From positions 74,772,001 through 74,836,000 of the forward strand of contig OZ024746.1 of NCBI GenBank assembly GCA_964016885.1: 64,000 bases of DNA, given 5' to 3'. Both the position numbers and the translations under genes were made by a program. This DNA is from Eledone cirrhosa. Taxonomy: Eukaryota. Below the pieces are notes generated by a model. The model did not search any database. It was not told the DNA's origin and worked only from the letters and a program-made list of their open reading frames with translations. Shown piece by piece: positions 13,866-23,480 of this stretch. Position 1 is the stretch's first letter. The number at the start of each line of letters is the position of its first letter.

Positions 13866-14661
13866 AAATATAAATAATTAGGGTGTTCGCTCTCACAAGT
13901 ATATCGAGCGAAATACGTTATGTTTACGAATAAACCTTTTGAAAGCCTTCAGCTTCTAGCGGATTCCAGCATAAGCGAAGGGTAGGTAATTGATGACGAC
14001 GTCGTTTTTGACTCTAGTCGTATCAAATCAGTGCTCCCTTACCCTGTTCTGTGCTGGAACTCAACAGAGGCGAAAACATATAGCTTAGACACCTATGTAC
14101 ATGAGATGATTAGACTTATTTGTATATAGATCTATCGGTATTCAAGGGACACACGTGCCTGTGGAATGTTCTACCGCTTGCACATTAATTTCATGTTGGT
14201 CAAATAGCTGAAACACTGATCTTCGAAACCGATATATGTCTAACAACAAGAACAACAACAAAAATATTCATTTATATATTTACCCATTTTACCATTTTAA
14301 TCAGCAAATTAAGTATGCGTACATGAATTAACAATCTTCCCATGTCTACGTACAATCTATAAGCGAATTGTTAATAGAAATAATTAACTAACTCCCCTAC
14401 CTAGAACAATTAAGATGTTATAGCCCTAGTTTCATTAACCAAGCAGCCACATCTTTCCGCTTCTTCACTTGTCCTTTTTCTCCTCTTATCTCACACAACA
14501 ATCCATATATACAAAGCACAAAGGAGTAACCGTCTCATTATCTCTCCAGCATTTAAATTTCAACGGTGTTTCAAAAATATACCTCCGTATTCAAACAATT
14601 ATTTTGATTTTAATTCTATTATAATTTTGATGTTTTTAATCTTCATATATATATATATATA

Positions 14662-14785
14662 TGTTTTCTTATCTAATATCTGATACGATCCTTATATGAG
14701 GTCATCGATATTAAACTGATTTTTGGAGGACAATGAAGAGTTAGGGGCTTGCACCACCTTACCTACGGGTTGGCCTGGTATTCCA

Positions 14786-14788
<3 letters not shown>
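14662..14788 (+). pseudogene. U2: U2 snRNA pseudogene fragment (~nt 40-167), truncated at both ends
   Basis: TTCTTATC..TAATATCTGATACG, stem IIb, Sm site GATTTTTGG (14718), GGGGCTTGC and GGGTTGGCCTGGTATT(C)CAGTA are colinear with metazoan U2. It lacks the 5' end and branch-point recognition sequence and is flanked by (TA)n. Confidence 0.85.
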
Positions 14789-14829
<41 letters not shown>

Positions 14830-14875
14830 AGTAAGAATATTTTCGAAACAGCGAGTGGGTTTGAAATTATTAGAA

Positions 14876-15075
14876 ATGTAAACTATCGCCGTATTTTGAC
14901 TAAAGAAATTAAAGAAATTATTTAGCCTGATAGTGGGGTTAAGAGCCCTCGGAGAAATAGAAAACATGAGTATGTACGTCAATACTCATCTTTTTCCATT
15001 TCTCCGAGGGTTCTTAACCCCACTATCAGGCTAAATAATTTCTTTAATTTCTTTAGTCAAAATACGGCGATAGCT

Positions 15076-15080
<5 letters not shown>
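14876..15080. repeat. ~200-bp fold-back palindrome between TA tracts
   Basis: CTATCGCCGTATTTTGACTAAAG..GAGTAT pairs with ATACTC..CTTTAGTCAAAATACGGCGATAG; loop about 14974-14981. Confidence 0.95.
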
Positions 15081-15129
<49 letters not shown>

Positions 15130-15131
<2 letters not shown>

Positions 15132-17346
15132 AGACACCAACACACAATTTCAATACTTCATGACAACGATACACACTATATGCAAAAAGTTTGTCCCGGA
15201 GCAAAAGGCAAACAGACACAAAAATCTTATTCCCAAAGATAGGAAAATCCTTATGAGACGTAGAACCAAGCTCTCAAACCAGCTAAATGCACAACAAGAA
15301 AACAAAAACAAGAAGGAATCCTATTTGAAACGTGCACTACTTGACACCGAGATTGCACTCAAACTTTCCCATGAAAATGAGAGGGCAAAGAAAGAAAGCG
15401 GGGCCATAGAAAACATTAAAACAAATCCTAAGGCCTTCTTTAAATTTGCAAAAGAAACTGCCTCGGCATACTGCAAGATTGGGCCACTCTTCCATACAGA
15501 CGGTTCATTAACCGAGAATCCCCAAGAGATATGTGAAATACTGAACGAACAGTACAAAAGTGTCTTCACATGTCCACTGAGGCACATGCAAATAACAAAG
15601 CCAGAGGAGTTCTTTGATGCCACAACACTACATGAAGAAATGGCGACCATCAACCACATAGACATAACGGAGGAGGATGTGGTGTACGCCATAGATGAAA
15701 TTAGAACAGACTCAGCTGCTGGACCTGATGGATTCGCAGCAGTCCTCTTAAAAACATGTAAGCGGGCCTTAGCAACTCCACTGAAGACGCTCTTCAGAAG
15801 CTCCTCGGCTAGCGGTATACTACTCAGGGAGCTGAAAGAAGGCACAATATGCCCTATCCATAAAGGAGGTAGCAGAGCGGAGGCCAAAAACTATAGGCTA
15901 GTCTCCCTGACGTCGCATATCAGTAAGGTCATGGAGCGAGTCATCAGAAAGAAACTGATCACTTTCCTCGAGGAAAATGACCGCCTGACTAGCACGCAGC
16001 ATGGCTTCCGCCCAGGAAGAAGCTGCCTTACACAGCTGCTACATCACTACGACTGGGTACTGAAACGACTACTAGACAGCTCACATGTAGACGTGATATA
16101 TCTTGACTTTGCGAAGGCCTTTGACAAGGTCGACCACGGAATGATGTGTCACAAACTACACGGACTCGGCATAACTGGAAAAGTAGGTGAGTGGCTGCAT
16201 GACTTCTTAAAGGACAGAAGCCAGACAGTCGCAGCAAACGGGACCCTCTCAAAGGAAACATCAATAACAAGTGGGGTGCCCAGGGGACATTCCTGGGACC
16301 ACTACTGTTTTTGGTGACTCTCTCAGACATGCCCTCTGTAGTACATACAACAACATCCCTCACTAGCTATGCTAATGACACTAAGGTAGCACAGGCAATC
16401 AAAAACCCGGCTGACGCTGCCCTTTTACAACAAGATCTGGATGCCATATACAAATGGGCGGAAGAAAACAACATACAGTTTAATGTTGGCAAATTCCAAG
16501 CCCTACAATACAAACCTGCAAACACAAATACAGTACAACACAGTTACGCAGGTCCGGGAGGGACCGATATGCCCGTGTCAAAATCGATACGAGACCTGGG
16601 TATAGACATGAGCGATCATGCATCTTTTTCCTCACACATCATGAAAGTGGCGACAATGTGCAGACGACTCGCTGGCTGGAGGACTTTCCGAACAAGAGAC
16701 CGAGACACCATGTTGACACTATGGAGGAAATTTGTCCTAAGCCGCCTGGACTATTGCTCCCAGTTGTGGCCACCCCATAGTGTCAAACTAACCACGGAGC
16801 TCGAGGCAATCCAGCGGAGCTACACCAAGAGGATTGCCACGATGAAAGAGACAAGCTACTGGGAGAGGCTAAAAGAACTGAACCTCTACTCCTTGGAACG
16901 AAGACGGGAGAGATATGCAGTGATCTACCTTTGGAAAATCCTGGAGGGACTAGCACCAAACATTGGCATTGGGAGCTGGACCAACCGTCGAACAGGACGT
17001 CACTGTGTGGTGCCAAAGGTCCCGTCTTCCACATCTAGAATAAGGAGCAGATATTGCAATAGCCTGGGATTCAAGGGCCCTCAACTCTTCAACAAGCTGC
17101 CGAAGGATCTGAGAGATTTGCATGGTGTGGAGGGGGATGTCTTCAAGAAACATCTCGACACCTTGCTATCCAGGATCCTGGATGAGCCCACAGCAAGACA
17201 CGAGGGAAACCTAAGGGCAGTAGCAACAAACTCCCTCTTACACCATTGGCCAACCAATACAGGCTGAAGATAAAATGTGTAGCAGCAAGGGCGGTGCCCC
17301 AGGATGGCCTCAGCCGGATGGCTGGAACAGGTAAAAGAGTAAAAGA

Positions 17347-17348
<2 letters not shown>
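15130..17348 (+). mobile_element. 5'-truncated CR1/L2-group LINE inserted in (TA)n
   Basis: ORF2 RT plus a short 3' UTR GGCGGTGCCCCAGGATGGCC..GTAAAAGAGTAAAAGAG; (TA)n on both sides. Confidence 0.92.
15160..17267 (+). pseudogene. LINE ORF2 reverse transcriptase, disabled
   Basis: Motifs AAGPDG, NYRLVSLTS, QHGFRPGRSC, YLDFAKAFDKVDH, DLGI, LERRRER. A 1-nt loss near 16280 breaks GVPQG.LGPLLF, and catalytic YADD reads YAND. Confidence 0.92.
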
Positions 17349-17385
<37 letters not shown>

Positions 17386-17428
17386 ATAAGAAACGGAGAA
17401 TCAGTGGTGCGACGAATAAAATGTATTA

Positions 17429-17523
17429 GACATATTACAATCGTTTCTCTGGCGACCAGCTCGAGGCACGATCGATGCAATGATCTAACCTGACTCTGAA
17501 ATCGCAAGATCCTCAGATACGTC
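17429..17523 (-). ncRNA. Type I hammerhead ribozyme with long stem II
   Basis: gacgtat-CTGAGGA-(tcttgcga..tcgccaga, ~60 nt)-GAAA-cgattg-TA-atatgtc. Confidence 0.75.
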
Positions 17524-17541
17524 TCGATTGGTTTTAGCTTG

Positions 17542-17701
17542 TATTATCGACTCTGTAAGGATGAAAGGCAAAGTTAACCTCAGTAGAGTTCAAATCCTGC
17601 CAAGTTTAACTTTGCCATTCATCCTTACGGGGGTCGATAAAATAAAGTACCAGTAATGCACTGGAATGATTGCTGGCTTTATGCCAAAAGTAGAAACAAT
17701 T
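17542..17701. mobile_element. Two SINE-A fragments in opposite orientation
   Basis: A minus fragment (17542-17585) is fused to a plus fragment running from the B box to the tail (17586-17701). Confidence 0.8.
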
Positions 17702-19089
17702 ATTTTATTAAATCTACTCATTTCTGAGTTAGTCAGGTTGAGTAGTCGGATGGTGGGTTTTCTTGCAAAGATAAGTTTGTGGTGTTTAAGAGAGAAATAC
17801 GTATCCCGAGGGATGAGTGGTTCCATATGGTTCTAGATCTTCAGATTCGATGTGATTCTATGCCCCTACTCGTTAATCTTATTAATCATGTGTGCATTCA
17901 ACTTTTGATAGGTTGAAGTGAAGCTATTATATATATATATTAATATAAGCAAGTATTGCACACAAAAAATAAAATTAAACGTCGTTGTGAAGAGATTAGG
18001 AATTTATTTGTCTACATATGCTGACTATAATATATATTGTTCAATAATATGCAATACTTAATTATTTATTACACTTCATCAGAAAGCCTATAGTAGTGGA
18101 ATTCAACTATTCACTACGCAGTAGAGAATAGTTTTATATATAAACTTAGGAAAATTAACAAAGAGAAGACAAGACAAAGAGGCTGAGGCGAATGGGGAGG
18201 AGGAAATGTTAGAATAAGAGAATTGCTCCAAGACGTTTGTTTTCTGTCTCCAATTAAAATAAGGTACTTCATGACTATGATCTATTTGAGTTGTTTCTCT
18301 TAGTGCATTATTATTATTTTTTTTTTTTTTTTACTTATTTAATTATGAAAAACAGAATACATCAAAGTAAATATATATTTGGGTAAATAAGGTGGGGTGA
18401 GGGAAAAGAATGGATAGTCACAGCTGGAATGCCTTTAATTATAGATCTGCTCGATTAAGACTTAACTGGGGTTAAACACCAACTACGACACAGCAGATAT
18501 ATACAAATATTATCGTTTTTCTACTTTTGATTGCGCTACTATAAGTATTCCCTTACTATTATTCCCTTACGTGATTTTGATATTATTCATTTTGAGAACA
18601 ATACCTTAATATCAATATGAGTGGCCAGTTACAGCTCGTTTGAACAGAAAGGGGTGAGAGAATTCTGGCTGGATACAGCCGGTTTAAATGCTAAATGTTT
18701 AAACATAATTGAATAACCACATATATGATAATTACTTGCGAGCAATAAATTAGTTGTTAATCATCTTTACAACGTGTCAGCGTTGTGGATTTATTCAATG
18801 TGGTAGAGAGGATCATATGATTTGGCATAGGTGAGGGCGGACTGAAGTGAAATATTTAGTAATTCTATTAATGGGATCAGAGCAAGAAGTGCCAAAAATT
18901 AGGTTCGTCAGCATACCAAACTGTTTGTTGAAAATATTTTATTTGGGAGAATGGGACGCAAAACTAGAAGAATGGGGAGCACAATGTAGAGCTAGGCTGG
19001 AGTACTAAATACCTAAACACCGGCTCTAGCACACACCACAAACTATAGCATTAGTACCATTATTTTAGTACCATTAGTACTATTACTAA

Positions 19090-19280
19090 GACGGTGGGTT
19101 GGCAGAATCAGTAGAATCAGACGAATGGGTTGGCAGCATAGAGTTACGGAACTTAACGTTCTGAGTTCAATTCCCGCCAAGGTTAACTTTGCCTTTCATC
19201 CTTATGGGGTCGATAAAATAAAGTACCAGTAACGTACTGGGATAATTGATGGTCTTGTGCCAAAAACGTAGAAACAATTA
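19090..19280 (+). mobile_element. SINE family A
   Basis: A and B boxes, Nin-like domain and tail present. Confidence 0.85.
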
Positions 19281-20541
19281 TTACCATTATTAACGTGGTA
19301 ACTTACTCAGGTCCATCAATCTCAACATGTTTGTTTGTTCTGATTTTATTTTTGTAATTTTCACCATTAGAGAGAGAGCAGATTTCAAACACAGAACCAA
19401 CACATTTCATTGAATTTAGACAACATCAACTAGATAATTGTGTATGTATGGAGAGAGGGGGGGGGGGGGGATAAAACGGTATTCATAGAGAGACAGGCAA
19501 AGTGGTAGACAGAGAGAAAATAAAACTGTATGCATATATAGAGAGACAGACAGATAGACAGAAAGAAAGAAAATAAAGCTGCTATTTATGGGGTGACGGC
19601 TATTTTGATAAATGACTATATCGTAGTTAGTACTCATCAGCCTAATAATCCCTTCACTTTAGTGGTTTGTCAGAGTGTATAGGATATAACCCAGCACCAC
19701 CCTCATTAAACACTTCATACACACGTACACACACACACACAAACACACACACATACACAAACACACAAACACACACACACATATTCTTTTTTCTACCCAC
19801 CCTGACCTTTTTATCTCTTATCAAAAGATTGGGAGGTGGCCACATGAATTGAAGAGGACTTTGTCTGGAATGTTCGTTGCTTAAAGTGGGTGTGGTGCCA
19901 GCGGTATACCCTCCAACGGCGTCAAGGACCCACCCCCAACCCGACATTCTGCTCGCTATTATTATACAGACAGCTAGGTATCAGAAGCTGCTCTCTCTTA
20001 TTCTCAGCCCCAACCTTTCTTTTTTGTTATATGTATTTTTTAATATACCCTGTTCTCTATTGAACGAAAGATAAATAAATAATTAACTCCTCTAACCACA
20101 GGTCCCATTTATAGAGAAGCCATAAATTACGGATTTCAGCAAGGGCTATATGGTTGACGATAAGGCTATATATAAGTTACAATCTTGTTATATAATTCTT
20201 TTTTTCCTTTATCGCTTAGGAAGGGTAGCGCCTATCATCTTTACCAAGGCCTCCAAGATTAATGGGAGAGGGAGAGAAACGAAGGTAATCTTCAAACAGG
20301 AGATCTAACGCAAAAGATTACCACAGAATAGACCCCACTAAAGGCATCCAAGGGCCAGGTGTAGACGTTAACCCTTTCATTATCACATATCATATAACAA
20401 TATCATATAACGAAAACACTGCCTATGTTTTTCAAATAATTTTGAAAATATCCAAGAATTTAAACGGATTGAGTAATATAACTTCCTCGCTATTATGTTG
20501 GTGTTTACAACACAATTTAACAGTCTCTTTTATAAAGTTAT

Positions 20542-20731
20542 AATTGTTTCTACTTTTGGCACAAGGCCAGCAATTATCCCAGTGTATTACTGGTTCTTTA
20601 TTTTATCGAGCCCGTAAGGATGAAAGGCAAAGTTAACCTCGGCGGGATTTGAACTCAGACAATATAGGGCCATAACTCTTTGCTGCAAAGCATGGCGTCC
20701 GACCCTCTACCGATATTGCCAATCAACCGCC
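20542..20731 (-). mobile_element. SINE family A
   Basis: Full-length; TSD TTATAAAGTTATAAT. Confidence 0.9.
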
Positions 20732-20987
20732 TTATAAAGTTATAATGGAGGGTTTTTAGATAGATATAAATACTTTAAAAGAAACAGTTTTGTATAAGAG
20801 AACCAGGGATGTTTTCGGGCGTTTTGGTATCATAAAGAGTAAAGTGGAAGTTAGATCCGAAGAAAATATTTCATGGAATACTCTTGGTTGGATCTTGACG
20901 TCTGTGGCAAATTATGTAATATGTTGAGATACGTCGAGGGTATTTCAAAAAAACAAGACTAACTTTGAATCTTATTATATGTGTAAG

Positions 20988-21192
20988 CGCGATGGATTGG
21001 CTTTATCGGTAGAGCATCGGAAAACATGCTTTGCGGCATAGAGTTACGGCCCTTTCCGTCCTGAGTTCAAAACACGCCGAAGTTTTTTATCCTTACGGGG
21101 TCGATAAAATAAAGAATCAGTAACGGACTGGGGTCAATTTAATCGACTTTCCCCTCCCACAAAATGTTTGGCCTTGCATCTAAATCAGAAAC
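20988..21192 (+). mobile_element. SINE family A variant with longer 3' part
   Basis: Head, Nin-like domain and a GGGGTCAATTTAATCGAC segment also seen at 55082. Confidence 0.75.
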
Positions 21193-21414
21193 CACTATAT
21201 GTGTGTGATTGTGCGTATGTGATCACGCGCGCGTGTGTGTATATGTTGGGGGGTATATGTGTATGTGTTAGGGTATATGTGTGTTGATGTACATGTGTGT
21301 GCATGTGTGTATGGGGGGGGGGTCTTGGTAAACAGAAATATGGATGTAGATAGATAAATAGAGAAAGAGAGAGAGAGATCGACAGATAGATAGACAAACA
21401 GACTCACTCTCATC

Positions 21415-21846
21415 TGGTGCACATCGGTGTTTCCTGGGGCTCACCCTCCGGGTCTGAGAGCCACACAAATACTGTTGCGAGTCTACTGAGGTCTCTATCG
21501 ACCTCCAGCCATTATCCTGCCGTTACAATGCCGGCCGCCGTCAATGCTGCTCCCCAGGTGATCATAAAAGGTGGCTTGGATGCTTCAGGATTTCTTTCCC
21601 AGCTTGAGTTAGTGAGGCTAGAACAAGTGGACGGCAAATGGCCAAACAGCATAAGTGTTCCCCCGTTCCGAGGTGGTAAACCCCTCATTTGAGATGCCAC
21701 AGGCTGCGTCGACTTGGCTAACCCAGGCTTTGTTGCTGGTCCAGCTAAAGTATCTAAATATGGGTCGTTCTCCCATAGGTTTGCGGTCGAACCTGTAGCA
21801 GTGGAAACTTCTGGCATTCTTCGCTCCCGAACCACATCCCTACTTA
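21415..21846 (+). mobile_element. CRE-clade non-LTR retrotransposon fragment (zinc knuckle plus RLE domain)
   Basis: VIIKGGLDASGFLSQLE..DGKWPNSISVPPFRGGKPLI*DAT..KY..EPVAVETSGIL fits the CRE DGKRPDG..W..GK.L.WDAT..AVET pattern. Confidence 0.75.
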
Positions 21847-22563
21847 CAAATTAACAACTCATATATATAATTACTATTAATTCTTTTTGTTGCAGGAAAT
21901 AGAAATAATGACAAGATACCCAGATAAGGAACTCCCTTTTTCTTGTTGTTTTTTTGTTTTTTTTTACTTTAATTATGTTTTTGTTTTTTTTTTGTTTTGT
22001 TTTTGGGGGGATTTTCTGGGGGCGGGGATAGTTTCTTCCAAAATACATTGTAAAGTAATTTCATCGTGGTAAAATTATTTAATCATTAAAAAAAAAAGCA
22101 TGTCGATACACAAACACAAAAACCTTTACATTTATTATTTATTTGTTGGGGCCAATCTTTTGGTCGTACTGTTTCTGCCCTAGTCACTGACACAGTTCCA
22201 CTGCAACAAAGTGATGTCTAATTATCCAGTTAGTTTCGGCTTGAAACTTACAATTGTTAATAAAATATGACTCAAGTACAATATGATAATTAGTCCTTAA
22301 TAGGTACAATTAACTTTGAGTGTAACCAGAATAAAGATGAAAGGAAGATGTCTAGATTATCAAATCTCGTAAATATAATATATTTAGACATAAAGTTGTT
22401 AGTCATTAGAACGTAGGATATATCCCTTGCACTATTTGTTCCGACTCACTACGTTCTCAGTAGAAATCCCGTCTAGATCAATTACATATTTAATACTTTC
22501 GGGTCTATAAAATATAGTACCAGCCCATGCTTGTGTATTACTATAAATGTTAGAGTCAGAGAA

Positions 22564-22903
22564 GGCGCATGGCTTAGTGGTTAGAGCATTAGGCTTGCAA
22601 TCGAAAGGTTGCGAGTTTGATTGTCGGACCGGGTGATGCGTTGTGTCCTTGAGCAGGACAGTTTATTTCACGTTGCTCCAGTTTATTTAGCAGCAGAAAT
22701 GAGTTGCGATGTCACTGGTGCCAAGCTGTATCGGCCATTGCCTTTCCCTTGGACAACATCGGTGGCGTGGAGAGGGGAGACTGGTATGCATGAGCGACTA
22801 CTGGTCTTCCACAAACCACAAACAACCTTGCCCGGAGTTGTGCCTCGGAGGGAAACTTTCTAGGTGCAAATCCCATCAGCATTCGTGACCAAAGGAGTCT
22901 TCT
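22564..22903 (+). mobile_element. tRNA-derived SINE (family C), sharing its head with family B
   Basis: A box TGGCTTAGTGG, B-box-like GAGTTTGATT, CCTTGAGCAGGAC core, distinct body; approximate TSD TAGA(G/C)TCAGAGA. Confidence 0.8.
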
Positions 22904-23110
22904 CTAGACTCAGAGATGACTTGTAGTATATTTTCTGTTCTTTGAAATAGGAGTTCAAATGTCGCTGTGGGCTAGATGGGTGGTATACTTAATTCATCTC
23001 TCAGTTTAACCGCATCATCTGGCTCTTGGGGGACATTTAACGGAGGCCACATTGAGCAAATCTTCGGATTGAGAACGTCTTCCTATATATATATATATAT
23101 ATATATATAT

Positions 23111-23306
23111 AACGAAGGAAATGTGGTAAGGAACCAGATGGACCATAACGCACCAAAGTACTCAATACTTAGGGTAGTAGAGTGGGTAATAGGAACGAGT
23201 AGGGCCCCGACGGCTGAGCTCAAGCCGTTTCGACGGCTAATTCTGGACTCAGAATTAGCCGTCGAAACGGCTTGAGCACAGCCGTCGGGGTTCTACTCGT
23301 TCCTAT
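23111..23306. mobile_element. TA-inserted fold-back element with two hammerhead 3' halves
   Basis: Palindrome 23189-23306; each strand reads GAAA-cggc..gccg-TC-gggg; homologous to 53764-53957. Confidence 0.8.
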
Positions 23307-23355
23307 ATATATAGGAAGATCTTCGGATTGAGAACGTCTTCCTATATATATATAT

Positions 23356-23399
23356 GGTGCCCCAGCATGGCCTCAGTCGGATGGCTGAAACAGGTAAAA

Positions 23400-23402
<3 letters not shown>
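23356..23402 (+). mobile_element. Extreme 3' end of the 15-17k LINE family, in (TA)n
   Basis: GGTGCCCAGCATGGCCTCAGTCGGATGGCTGAAACAGGTAAAAGA resembles 17293-17338. Confidence 0.85.

Positions 23403-23480
<78 letters not shown>

Noticed and set aside
15321-17153. Minus-strand ORFs over the LINE
   Set aside because: Antisense shadows of the RT ORF.
22564-22640. tRNA gene
   Set aside because: It is a SINE head: no closed cloverleaf or terminator, and it continues into the SINE body.
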